Below, in pieces: positions 45,913 through 56,650 of a stretch of 64,000 bases of DNA; the stretch's first letter is position 1, and every line of letters begins with the position of its first letter. The notes under the pieces were generated by a model. That model worked only from the letters and a program-made list of their open reading frames with translations. It ran no database searches and was not told the DNA's origin. Origin of the DNA: an uncultured Nitrososphaeraceae archaeon (GTDB lineage: Archaea > Thermoproteota > Nitrososphaeria > Nitrososphaerales > Nitrososphaeraceae); assembly GCA_963765895.1 (NCBI GenBank), contig CAVXZB010000023.1, positions 224,001 through 288,000 on the forward strand. Reading direction: 5' to 3'. The translations under genes and the position numbers were made by a program.

Positions 45913-48052
45913 ATGGCTCTTCATCTAGACCGGAAGATATCTTCGCTGCTAATGTCTTTAGGATACCCTACATTATACCCCCCTCAAGAATTAGCTATCT
46001 CAAAAGGAGTTTTAGAGGGTAAAAATTTACTCATTACAACTCCAACTGCTAGTGGTAAGACATTGGTGGCGTTAATGGCTGCAATCAAGACAATCGAGAA
46101 GGGATTAAGGGTGGCATACCTAACTCCATTACGAGCCTTAGGAGCGGAAAAATGCGCGGATTTTCAAGTTCTCAATAATCTCGAAATATTCAATCGAAAG
46201 ATTAAGGTTGAGTTAGCTAGTAGTGATTTCGATTCTCAGGGCAAAGAACTAGCTAATGCTGACATTATAATATTGACTAATGAAAAAATGGATTCGTTGA
46301 TGAGACACAGGTCGGATTGGATATCAGAAGTAGGACTTTTTGTATTCGATGAAGTTCATCTCTTAGGTGATCGAGAGAGAGGCCCTGTGTTAGAAATGAT
46401 ATTAACTAAAATACGACAAGTCTATCCTCAAATTCAGCTCCTAGGTACTTAGTGCTACGGTCATTAATTCAGAGGACATAGCTTCTTGGCTTGGGTGCGA
46501 TTTGGTTGACAGTAAATGGAGACCTACGAAATTAGTGGAGGGCGTATATCAAAATGGAATCATTAAAATGAGTGACGGCAGCAATATAAAAATTAAATCC
46601 AATTGCGGATCTGCAATAGTCGATCTCGTCCATGATTCTATGGTGAACGGATATCAGACTTTAGTATTTACTGAAACTCGTAAATGTACTTCTTATCTTG
46701 CAAAGAAAGTAGAAGGAATTGTATTCAAAAGTTTAGATGAGAGCAGTAGAAAAATGGCATTAGAGGAGGCATCCAAGATCCGTTCTCATGGAGAAGATAC
46801 AGAAATTACATCGACTCTTTCCCAACTAATATCCAAGGGAGTAGCGTTTCATCACGCAGGTATCGGATCATCTAGTAGGAAAATCATAGAGGAGTCTTTC
46901 AAAAAAGGAATCATCAGAATTCTATTTACCACTCCTACACTCGCTGCCGGCGTGAATCTGCCGGCTAGACGAGTTATCTTGTCAAACTTCTTACGCTATG
47001 ATTCAGATATTGGTAGTAGGATACCCATCAGTGTCTTAGAATATAAACAAATATCTGGCCGTGGAGGCAGACCAATGTATGACAAAGACGGACAATCAAT
47101 AATCATTGCTGGATCAAATTTCAATCGTGATGACATTTACGATCATTATATATTGGGTTCTCCAGAGCCTATTAGGTCACAACTTGCCAATAATAGAATC
47201 ATTAGAATACATGTTTTAAGTACCATAGTTATGTTTCCTGGAATAAAGAAAAATGAAGTTATAAATATCTTTCAAAACACGTTACTGGCACAATCTTGCA
47301 AGGAATCTACCTTGTCATCCAAAATCACTAATGCCTTGGATTATCTACAATCAGATGGATTGGTCAAAATGAGGAAGGAGAGATATATTGTAACAGAATT
47401 CGGAAAGAATATATCATTATTGTACGTAGATCCTTCTACAGGGATAGAGTTTAGAAAGGCTATCGAATCGATTAAAAAACCCAGCAAAGAGAATCATACC
47501 TTGGGTTTTTTACATTTAATTACAAGTAGTATCGATTTTTATCCACGCCTTGCACTGAGAAATAACGATTATGACTCACTGTCCGGAATTCTTTTGCGTA
47601 ACACAAATCAACTTATCTTTCAGATTAATGAGTTCGAAAGTTCGAGAAGTCTATGGGCGCTCTATGAATGGATCAATGAGAGTAGCGACAGAAAACTGAG
47701 TGAGAGACTTGGAGTTGAACCGGGTGACATGTATAGAATTGTTGAGACAAGCGAATGGTTGGCTTATTCGTTATACAAAGTTGCAAAGATCGTTGGGCGC
47801 GAAGATTTGCTCAACGAATTATATAATTTAAGAATTAGAATAAAATATGGCATAAAAGAAGAGCTTATATCCATAATCCAATTCAGAGGGATAGGAAGGA
47901 TCAAGGCCAGATCATTGTATAATGCTGGCATTAAGGACTCCACTATCTTAGCAAACACTCCAGAATCAAAGTTATCTACGATTCCTAAGATCGGAATGGG
48001 ACTAGCTAAGGTTTTGAAGAATAAATCAAAGGATACGATGCTTCCTGAGTAA
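45913..48052 (+). CDS. hel308: Ski2-like DEAD/H-box helicase Hel308 (apparent +1 indel near 46446)
   Basis: PTASGKT, DEVH, LSAT restored across the indel, FHHAG, TPTLAAGVNLPA, QISGRGGRP, C-terminal HhH. Confidence 0.92.
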
Positions 48053-48161
48053 GGCCATTGAATCTTCAGAGTTTCTCTAAATAATCTAGACTAAAGTTTA
48101 CTTATTATTCAATGTTGCAGTTATATAACAAATCTTTTGTATTAACAGGACTGATAGATAT

Positions 48162-49185
48162 TTGCTAAATCCCGCGGACAATAGTACACTCATCCAAGCA
48201 ATACTTGTCTCTTTCATCTCATTTCTGTTAGTTGTAGTTATGATGCCTAGAACAATCAGATCATTAATCTCTAAGGGAAAAATAGTAAAGGATTTCCATA
48301 AACCTGAATTGCCGCTCATACCTAGGCCGGCTGGACCCACATTGCTCATAGGGATCGCAACGTCGGAAATAATCTTATTTTTGCTGACGTTCAACGTGAA
48401 AGTCATTGCGATTCTGCTAACTACAGTCCTAGGATTTATTATTGGCCTGATAGACGATAAGCGAGTAATGCCGGGATCATTTAAGCCACTCGCGCTAATT
48501 TTAGCAGCTGTTCCCTTAATAGTTCTCGGAGCTTATGGTTCGCATCTGTATCTGATATTTGGCGCAGTCTTCATTCCCCTGTTATCCATCCCACTAATCT
48601 TAGTTATAATTCCTATTGTAGGAAACACAATTAATTCTATCGATGTATTAAATGGGGTCGCAAGTGGATTTGTAATTATTTGTACTATACCTCTTCTAAT
48701 AAGTATCGCGATATTTGGTAGTAATGACATGTTCGTGGCAGCCTCTACCACTACTATTTGGATCACTAGCTTTATACAAATTTCACAAGTATCCCAGCAA
48801 GATCTTTCCTGGTGATTCTGGAACTTTATTAATTGGGTCAATGTACGGTGCTATTGCTATTGCTGGAAGTTCAGAGGTGATAGGAGTTATATCGTTGCTA
48901 CCCGCAGTTATGAACTCTTTCCTTTTTCTAGCTAGTGTGAAGAAAATAGTTGAACACAGACAAGTTAAGGCCAGGCCCACTGTATTAATGGATGATTATA
49001 AATTGGCAGCATCAAAGGATAGGGATGCGCCTACTACTCTTTTAAGATTAATTCTTGCACGTGGACCTATGTCAGAAAAACAAATTGTTGGTCAGGTTTT
49101 TAAGTTAGGAATATTCTCGTCCATTTTAGCAGTGATCTCAATTATCATTCAATATTACTTTATTACTGGACTAATTCCCAAATGA
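48162..49185 (+). CDS. UDP-GlcNAc:polyprenyl-phosphate GlcNAc-1-P transferase, GPT/MraY family, AglH-like (apparent +1 indel near 48742)
   Basis: DFHK, GLIDD, NTINSIDVLNG and YPSKIFPGDSG motifs with multiple TMs. Confidence 0.88.
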
Positions 49186-49415
49186 ATAATTCTGGACTTA
49201 TGCTATTTATTACCTTAATGTGGATTATGATTCTCGCTGCTGCTGCATTTCTTGTGATGGTTGTAGCTCCTATGGAGTTTGTCCTGCTCCAAAACGGCGT
49301 CAACAGGGTGGTGATATCCATAATTCAAGCAGCTATTTCCATCATTGTGGTCATTATGTTAATACTTTTTCTAAGCAGGTTTAAGAAAATCTATGTAAAG
49401 CGAAATCTTATATAG
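49182..49415 (+). CDS. Small two-TM membrane protein, overlapping upstream stop (ATGA)
   Basis: 4-bp overlap suggests translational coupling; two hydrophobic helices. Confidence 0.7.
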   Translation: MNNSGLMLFITLMWIMILAAAAFLVMVVAPMEFVLLQNGVNRVVISIIQAAISIIVVIMLILFLSRFKKIYVKRNLI

Positions 49416-49551
49416 AGGTAAAGTAATAGTCAGTCAAGAGCTATTTTTCTAAAATAAGAGACATCGGTATCTTCTGATGTTCAATCCGATGGCTTGCAGA
49501 TAACATTACTACTTGCTTACAATTTCATTCTATGTTCTACGCAGTTACTCT

Positions 49552-50454
49552 TTAAAAGAGCTGTTCTGGAGTCTTTTTTCTCTTTGATGGATAAGGATTA
49601 TGATGAACATAGTCATTTAGAGATTTTATCATAATTCCCATCCTGTAGCTATTTGGCATCACATCAGTGATGACTGCATTATCCTCGAGTACTTTCTTTG
49701 TAGATGGACCAACAACCGTAACGATAACAAAGTTATTTAACGATGATTTGAGGGATTGTCTTAAATTGTTTTTTTCTGCAATTATAAATAACTCTCTGAC
49801 TGCGGGTGGACTTGTAAAGGTTATGGCATCAATAATCCTATTATTCAGGTCTTCTATAAGTTTGATGACCTTTGATTCATCAGGAGGAAGACAGCTGAAT
49901 CCCATCTCACGTAAGATTGTCGCACTTTCATTGTCAAGCTCATAGGAATATTTGTAGATTGTCAGCTCGAACGGTTCTGCCCCAGCCCTTCTAAGCTCAT
50001 CTATAAAACATTTTGAGTAGGATCCATGCCATAGAATGCCTATCTTCTTGCCCATTATTCCGTATTCTTTTAGCAGATTCAGGATTCCGTCTGTAGTATT
50101 TTCATATGGGATCAGTTTGGTATGGATACCATACTTTGCCAATACCGCTTGTGGTTTTGTGCTTCGAGCGATCAACGATGTGGCTTTCAAAGCATCCCTC
50201 AATTTTTCTCCTAATCCGAGCTTCTTAGCAATAGTCATAAGAGAGTAGACGCCGGGGCCAGACATGAATATCAAGAAGTCAGGATGTTCGAAAATCTTGT
50301 CAATAAATTTCCTAATTTCTTCGATATCTCGTGTTGCATTTAGGCCTACTGTTGGTGCAAAGTATGGCTGGCCTCCAAATGCCATTATCAATCGAGCCAG
50401 CTCAGAGGCTCTTCTACTAGCCGTAACGGCTACCGTTAAACCTTTCAATGACAT
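49552..50454 (-). CDS. hemD: Uroporphyrinogen-III synthase
   Basis: LKGLTVAVTASRRA, IDAITFTSPPAV, VGPST. Confidence 0.88.
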   Translation of the reverse strand: MSLKGLTVAVTASRRASELARLIMAFGGQPYFAPTVGLNATRDIEEIRKFIDKIFEHPDFLIFMSGPGVYSLMTIAKKLGLGEKLRDALKATSLIARSTKPQAVLAKYGIHTKLIPYENTTDGILNLLKEYGIMGKKIGILWHGSYSKCFIDELRRAGAEPFELTIYKYSYELDNESATILREMGFSCLPPDESKVIKLIEDLNNRIIDAITFTSPPAVRELFIIAEKNNLRQSLKSSLNNFVIVTVVGPSTKKVLEDNAVITDVMPNSYRMGIMIKSLNDYVHHNPYPSKRKKTPEQLF

Positions 50455-50585
50455 ATGATATTATATTTAATAAGCATATGTAGATAAATAAATAATAACA
50501 TTAAATCAATGATTCAAATACGATCAACGTAATCTGCGATGTATGCTTTAGATAATATGACTATATGTATTGCCTTTCTGCACAA

Positions 50586-50624
50586 AGAGAAAAAAGAAAG
50601 TCTCAAATGCTTTCTTTTTTCTCT
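50586..50624. repeat. Perfect 15-bp inverted repeat with 9-nt spacer
   Basis: AGAGAAAAAAGAAAG tctcaaatg CTTTCTTTTTTCTCT between valS and hemD. Confidence 0.85.
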
Positions 50625-50884
50625 CCTGTGAGCCTATTCGTAATCGTCGAATAATTCTTTTTGTTATCGATATAAATCATTTAGGTAACAACGTTAACTG
50701 ATGTGAAAAACCGTAAGTATTATTCTATCGACTAGGGGATGCACTAAAATAACACTCTCACGATAAGAGAATTAGAGACCAGAAATTTACTCCAGATCGA
50801 TGAGACTGTTAGGTTAATCAGATTTTCGTCATTAAAAGCACTTATATACTCTAACTATCGCTTATTTAATATACTAAGCTTCTT

Positions 50885-53254
50885 TTATATACTACTCTTT
50901 AGATTATGCATTTTTTGTAAATCCGGAGCAAACGATATAAGAGTAGTTGGTACCGCAATCTGAATCGGATCTTTTAACGACATTGGTTTTCCAGTCTCAG
51001 GTGAAATCGTTTCCTTTTTTTTACTCCACACCATAGAATTAAATTCTAGAATCGATTTGGTATATTTTGTTAGATCTTGGTATCCTGTCTCTGATTTAGG
51101 CATCTTTTGTAAATGAATGCTCTTATTAGAGTACATTTTTGTCCAAATCTCTTCCGTAATAAAAGGACAAATTGGAGAGAGCAGCAAAAGTATTGTATAT
51201 AAGCATTTATTTATAGTAGAGATTGCGGATTCACGACCAAATTTATGTTCCTTTTCATTTTCATAAACACGCCATTTAACCATTTCCAAGTAATGTGAGG
51301 CAAACAAGTTCCATGTAAAGTCTCTTATTGCATTTGCAGGAATAAAAAAATTATAATCGTTATACCCAAGATCACACACTTTAACTAACTTTGACAGCTC
51401 TCCTAAAATCCACTTATCTGAGTCATCGAGATGTTGCGGTAAGTCATAGACTATCTCAAAAGAAGAAACAAATCTTGCTATATTCCACAACTTCGAGAGA
51501 AAATTCTTTGATATTACGATTTTTTGTTCAGAGCATCTAAAATCCTGTCCCAAATTACCTTCCGCAGCAGACCAAAATCGAAACGCATCTGCACCATACC
51601 TGTGAATAATTGGAAATGGGTCTATGACATTTCCCTTGCTCTTACTCATCTTTTCACCTTTCTCATCTACACCATAGCCCATTATCCAAGCCTCAGTCCA
51701 AGGTAATTGATCGGTTAGTTGGAAGCAGCGTAACATACTATAATAAAGCCAAGTTCGTATAATATCCTTAGCTTGTGGTCTCAGCCTTGTCGGATAGAGA
51801 CGGTCAAATGATTTTTGATCTCGTAGATATCTTGTGATAAATAGTGGAGTGATACTAGAGTCCATCCATGTATCAAATATCCTGTCCTCTCCAGTGAACT
51901 CGGTGCTTCCGCATTTACTGCAATTTTTGAATGGAGGCTTTTCCTTCCAAGGTCTATAATATTGACCGGCCTCTGGAAGATTCGGGGCTTTGCAAATTTT
52001 ACAGAACCAGATAGGAATTTCTGTCCCGTAAAATCTTCGTCTTGAAATTGGCCAATCGATCGAAACAGAATCTAGCCAGCTATTCAATATTTGTCGATGT
52101 ATCTCAGGATGGAATTTTATTTTCGATGCGAGTTTTTTCAGTTTTGGGATATAACTCATCTGCTTTAGATAATAATCTTGCATAGATAGTATTTCAATGG
52201 GTGTTCTACTACGTTCACAAATAGGTGTTCGATGCATAATGTTTTCTTCTCGTTCGACACGTTGATCCTTTTTAAGATCCTCAATAATTCTAGATCTGGC
52301 TTGAGATATTCTAAGGTTTGCATATGGTTCGGCTAATTCAGTTGTAGTTCCGAACTCAGTTAACGATACTATTTCTTCAAGCCCTAGTTCTCGAAAAAGC
52401 TGGACATCATTTCGATCACCGTAGCTACAAACCATTACCGCACCAGAGCCAAAGTCGGGTTTTGCTGTCCGGTGAGCAAGAATTTCAACTTCTCTATCGA
52501 ATATAGGTAAGATCACATGCTTGCCTATGAACTCAGTATACCGATCATCTTCAGGGTTCACTATTATTGCTTGACAAGCAAAGAGGAGTTCTGGCCTAGT
52601 GGAAGCTACAATTATAGTTCCTGTCTCTTTGATATCAAATTTCATGTAAACTAGAATGGTGGGAATATCTTGATAGGTGATTTCTGCATCGGCCAGGGTA
52701 GTACCACAATCGTAGCAATAATTATTGGGCCTGTTTGCTATGTATATTAGATCCCTCCTCCATAAATCTATGAAAGTACTCTGAGTTAAAGATCTAAATT
52801 CGGTAGAGTCAGTTCTATAGTCCTCGTCAAAATTTCCACTTAACCCAATATCTTTCATTATTTGAATCATCTCTGATTCAAGATTGTCTAGTGCGTGTCT
52901 ACAAAGATCGAGAAATTTTTCTCTGTCAGTCTTCCGCATTTGAATCTTATATTTTTTTTCAGTATAAATCTCAACAGGTAGGCCATTTCTATCTATGCCT
53001 ATAGGAAAGAATACGCAATAATCCTTCATTCGAGCGGCCTGAGCGATCATATCTATCTGGGCATAGTGGGCCGCTGCTCCGATGTGCCATGGTCTGCCAG
53101 ATGGATATGGCGGTGGAGTATCAATTATGAAAGGTATGCTATTTTGACCGATGATTGAGAAGCCATAGACATTATCTTCGCGCCATTTATCTAGAATTTT
53201 CAGCTCTAGCGAAGGATCCCATGATTTAGATTCAATTTTATGGTTTTCGTTCAT
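50885..53254 (-). CDS. valS: Valine--tRNA ligase
   Basis: DTPPPY...HIGA, DWPISRRR, DTWMDSS, KMSKSKGN. Confidence 0.96.
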   Translation of the reverse strand: MNENHKIESKSWDPSLELKILDKWREDNVYGFSIIGQNSIPFIIDTPPPYPSGRPWHIGAAAHYAQIDMIAQAARMKDYCVFFPIGIDRNGLPVEIYTEKKYKIQMRKTDREKFLDLCRHALDNLESEMIQIMKDIGLSGNFDEDYRTDSTEFRSLTQSTFIDLWRRDLIYIANRPNNYCYDCGTTLADAEITYQDIPTILVYMKFDIKETGTIIVASTRPELLFACQAIIVNPEDDRYTEFIGKHVILPIFDREVEILAHRTAKPDFGSGAVMVCSYGDRNDVQLFRELGLEEIVSLTEFGTTTELAEPYANLRISQARSRIIEDLKKDQRVEREENIMHRTPICERSRTPIEILSMQDYYLKQMSYIPKLKKLASKIKFHPEIHRQILNSWLDSVSIDWPISRRRFYGTEIPIWFCKICKAPNLPEAGQYYRPWKEKPPFKNCSKCGSTEFTGEDRIFDTWMDSSITPLFITRYLRDQKSFDRLYPTRLRPQAKDIIRTWLYYSMLRCFQLTDQLPWTEAWIMGYGVDEKGEKMSKSKGNVIDPFPIIHRYGADAFRFWSAAEGNLGQDFRCSEQKIVISKNFLSKLWNIARFVSSFEIVYDLPQHLDDSDKWILGELSKLVKVCDLGYNDYNFFIPANAIRDFTWNLFASHYLEMVKWRVYENEKEHKFGRESAISTINKCLYTILLLLSPICPFITEEIWTKMYSNKSIHLQKMPKSETGYQDLTKYTKSILEFNSMVWSKKKETISPETGKPMSLKDPIQIAVPTTLISFAPDLQKMHNLKSSI

Positions 53255-53307
53255 GTTTTAGCAACATATCAATTACCGTTATTAACGTTAATGACATCCT
53301 ATATTCG

Positions 53308-53541
53308 ATGAGTGGTGGTGCTCTACTAATGAAAGGATCTATCATGCTAATAACTGTCTTTTTGTACCTATTTGTTATGAGTATTTCGATTTTCACAACT
53401 ACTATATTTATTACTCCAAAACTTTCTGGACAAGTTGCATTATTCTCTATCGTCATGGCTATGATTCCCCCTTCAGTTCTAACTATATTTTTATTGAAAA
53501 GAATAATAAGATCGCGCTTAGTAATACGGTTAGGAAGGTAG
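53308..53541 (+). CDS. Small two-TM membrane protein
   Basis: Two hydrophobic helices and a basic C-terminus; divergent from valS. Confidence 0.5.
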   Translation: MSGGALLMKGSIMLITVFLYLFVMSISIFTTTIFITPKLSGQVALFSIVMAMIPPSVLTIFLLKRIIRSRLVIRLGR

Positions 53542-53699
53542 AACATTTTGATTGATAGCTTCGAAGTATTAAAATGCCTATACTTTAAGTTTGGCTGTAT
53601 TGTTCTCTAGCACGTAAATTATAGTACAGTAATCTAAAAGCACCGAAAATCTCTAATACGTTTGAAAAATGTGGATCAAGAACTCAAATAAAACCTAGG

Positions 53700-55145
53700 C
53701 TAGAAATCTTTTCTAATTGGCAATTCGGGATTTCCGAATTCGTTTGAATACAGTGAATAAAGTCTTATCTCTTGACCATGTTTTATTCGATAATTTCCAA
53801 TCAGTTTTATAGTTTTTTTGTATTCTTCCTTTAAGGAGATAAGTGTTTCCGCCAAATTATCAGCGATTAAGATATGCCACTCGTTACCTATATCCATAAC
53901 TCTACGTGCTAATATAATACCAGGCCCCCAATAATTCTGATTATTTTTTATATCATTCACTGTAAATACTGGTCCCGTACTGAGACCAATACGCACGATT
54001 ATAGAATCTTCATTATTTTTCTCATAATTATACTTACGCAGCTCACGGTGAAGCTCCATGCCCAGTTGTAAGGGCAATTCTGGATTTAATGGAAATCCTA
54101 TCACCATTCCGTCACCAGTAGGTAGTATTATTTTCTTATCGTCTGCCTTAAAAGCCTCACATATAAGTATAAGACTATTGAGAGTCTCTATTTTTTCTCT
54201 CTGTTTATTGACAGATAATAATGGATCAGAAAGGCCGACTATATCTATAAAGAAAAAGTTTGCATTTATTGGTTCAGTCGAAATGCCTATTACTGACAGA
54301 CTAAAGTCATAAACCTTTACTAATTTCTTATAAATTTCTAAATGGTCAGCATGAAAGGGCAGTTCAGTATAAATAACTGGCCTATCAATTATAGGATCCT
54401 TACAAAGGAAACAAAAAGCGTAATTCGATCGTTTGCTAAAGGAAATAGTCCCTTCGTTAGATATATTAAATTCGATCCACAGCGGATCATGATGTATACC
54501 CTTTATAGAGAGCATTCTAACTCTTCTGACCAATGCATCTCCGTTATCCTCTAACTTCATCTCTAATATTCCGTCAAAAATAGAGCTTATGCGATTAGTT
54601 TCGTATTCATTCGAAGATGGAGTACTAAGAGTGAAAATTGCTGACGCATTATATGATTTCAAAATGAAGTAAAGCTTTGTAATAAATGTCTCTACAGTTT
54701 TCTCTCCAAATAACGCCAGTAGATGCGTCAATGAATCACAGATAAATCGAACATTTTTAGCAGGTTTAGTAGACTTAGTATGTGCCAAAGAAGATGAATT
54801 TAGTATCTGATGTTTCTTACTAATTCCAGCCCGCTCAAGCGCTTTAGCGACTTCGTCCAGAGCATAGGATAATTTCATGTCCTCTTCTATATCGTTAATA
54901 TATGGATTGATAAAGATGGAATATTCTGAGACAACGGACTTTTCGAAATTGGAGAAGAGGTCACTATACTGATCCATAGTCAAGTTAGAACTCAGGTAGA
55001 TGCAATATTCATTTTGTGATATACCCTCAAGCAAAAATTGTCTACAGTATATGCTCTTTCCTGCTCCGGATGACCCCGTCAACAACAGGATGCTGTTAGA
55101 GATATTATCCTTGCCTACTAAGTGAGTTATGCCCGGAATTTGCAT
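53700..55145 (-). CDS. KaiC/RAD55-like ATPase fused to class III nucleotidyl cyclase via a Zn-binding linker
   Basis: GSSGAGKS, FICDSL, IFDGILEM; CFLC-x16-HADH; FFFIDIVGLS, TGDG, RIGLSTGPV, WGPGIILARRV, IKHG. Confidence 0.88.
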   Translation of the reverse strand: MQIPGITHLVGKDNISNSILLLTGSSGAGKSIYCRQFLLEGISQNEYCIYLSSNLTMDQYSDLFSNFEKSVVSEYSIFINPYINDIEEDMKLSYALDEVAKALERAGISKKHQILNSSSLAHTKSTKPAKNVRFICDSLTHLLALFGEKTVETFITKLYFILKSYNASAIFTLSTPSSNEYETNRISSIFDGILEMKLEDNGDALVRRVRMLSIKGIHHDPLWIEFNISNEGTISFSKRSNYAFCFLCKDPIIDRPVIYTELPFHADHLEIYKKLVKVYDFSLSVIGISTEPINANFFFIDIVGLSDPLLSVNKQREKIETLNSLILICEAFKADDKKIILPTGDGMVIGFPLNPELPLQLGMELHRELRKYNYEKNNEDSIIVRIGLSTGPVFTVNDIKNNQNYWGPGIILARRVMDIGNEWHILIADNLAETLISLKEEYKKTIKLIGNYRIKHGQEIRLYSLYSNEFGNPELPIRKDF

Positions 55146-55790
55146 CTCATTGTAACAAAATTAGCCAAGCTGTTACTTATATCTTATTAAATGGATTCCA
55201 ATATAGGCGCGTTGCCCAATTTATTAGAAAGCAACAATAAGTAGGTTTCACGACTTAGCAATAACAAAAATGCATGGATAGCGATCTATGTCAAACAAAC
55301 AAAAATTAGAACCCAGGTAGAGAATCGCCTAGTCCAGGTTTTTCCTTTTCCAATTTCGCGATATTTCTTGACATATATTCCATGGTTCCTGGTATATGAC
55401 ACTTGCAAATGCAATCACTACAATCTATATGGCTACCTTTTTTACAATAGTCGGATAGTCCATTATTCACCATAAATTAACAACTCAAATGATAAAGACT
55501 TATTTTAGTCTTGCTAAATTGCATTAATACTAAATATAAAAGTGATCACGATAATAACTACAATATATCGCAGGTTGTCAATCAGATTATAAGTATAAAA
55601 ATATTGATACCCTTATTATATCACAATTCGAATATTTTATTACAAAGGAGTAGCAAAAATTAGCTAGCCGCTGCATGGGAATTAAAGTATCTATTTGCTA
55701 GTTTTCAGCAGGACTTTGCCTGAGCCTCAAATTATAGACTAGATACATTTTTAACTTGATTAAAAAGAATAAATGGATGGTGTTTGAGAC

Positions 55791-56099
55791 TTAGGCAAAA
55801 GAAAAGTACTAACTGAATCGCATCTTAAGGAACTAGTGAAGCCTCAAACTGGTGAATTGCTAGGACGAGTCATAAAGTTAGTGGGTGGAGACAATATTAT
55901 TGTAAAATGTACAGATGGTAGGGTCAGAACGTGTCGTATTAGAGGAAAAATTAAGAGAAGAATGTGGATACGTGATCATGATTTGGTATTAATTGCTCCT
56001 TGGGATTTTCAAGCAGATAAGGCAGATATTATCTGGAGATACATTGCTGCTCACGCAGATAAACTTGAACAAGATGGCTATCTTGATGGATTAAAATAG
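55791..56099 (+). CDS. eif1a: Translation initiation factor 1A (aIF-1A); start codon unresolved
   Basis: CTDGRVRTCRIRGKIKRRMWIR, APWDFQ, ADIIWRY; the basic N-terminus GKRKVL is in frame upstream of the tracked GTG. Confidence 0.95.
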   Translation, partial: LGKRKVLTESHLKELVKPQTGELLGRVIKLVGGDNIIVKCTDGRVRTCRIRGKIKRRMWIRDHDLVLIAPWDFQADKADIIWRYIAAHADKLEQDGYLDGLK

Positions 56100-56353
56100 A
56101 CCAAACATGGGCACAAATACACATCCGATGCCTTGCTATGAATTAATATAATGATAGTTGAAATAAGTTATTGATGTCTATGTAGACATGATGAGTATTA
56201 TCCCGAATTAGTGACCCTCCGTATTTAGGCTTGAATCTATACTACAACTAGGCCGCGTTTGGTAGTACGAGCCACGCAAGAATGTAGACAAATCTTTTAA
56301 ATTTATTAGAGATTTTGTATGGGTGCTGGATTTCATATGAGTCTATAATATTT

Positions 56354-56448
56354 CTACTCAGTTCTACCGAAAGATTATAATTTTTCTATTTAAGATATAA
56401 TAGTATTTAGGAAGAGCGAAGGTAACAACTAAAAATAGAACTGAGTAG
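56354..56448. repeat. 13-bp inverted repeat flanking a 69-bp spacer
   Basis: CTACTCAGTTCTA (56354-56366) and TAGAACTGAGTAG (56436-56448). Confidence 0.75.
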
Positions 56449-56476
56449 GACGAATATCACCATAACGAAATCAATA

Positions 56477-56650
56477 TCATAGATCGTCAATGGGATATTT
56501 AGATAAACATGCGGAACATTCATAGATTTCTTTCCCAACAGGTCCTGACACGTTGAACTTTACAACAGTAGTACATTTAGGACATCTGCCCTGCACACTA
56601 CGGCTCTTTGTCTGCGGCCTAATAAGTTTCCGTCTTCTTCTGCCTCCCAT
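56477..56650 (-). CDS. 57-aa basic zinc-ribbon protein (not in ORF track)
   Basis: Manual translation MGGRRRRKLIRPQTKSRSVQGRCPKCTTVVKFNVSGPVGKEIYECSACLSKYPIDDL*. Confidence 0.82.
   Translation of the reverse strand: MGGRRRRKLIRPQTKSRSVQGRCPKCTTVVKFNVSGPVGKEIYECSACLSKYPIDDL

Noticed and set aside
53238-53546. Minus-strand 102-aa ORF upstream of valS
   Set aside because: Overlaps a more plausible two-TM plus-strand ORF and has no motif.
56188-56234. Possible box C/D sRNA (ATGATGA)
   Set aside because: No properly placed CTGA D box or terminal stem.
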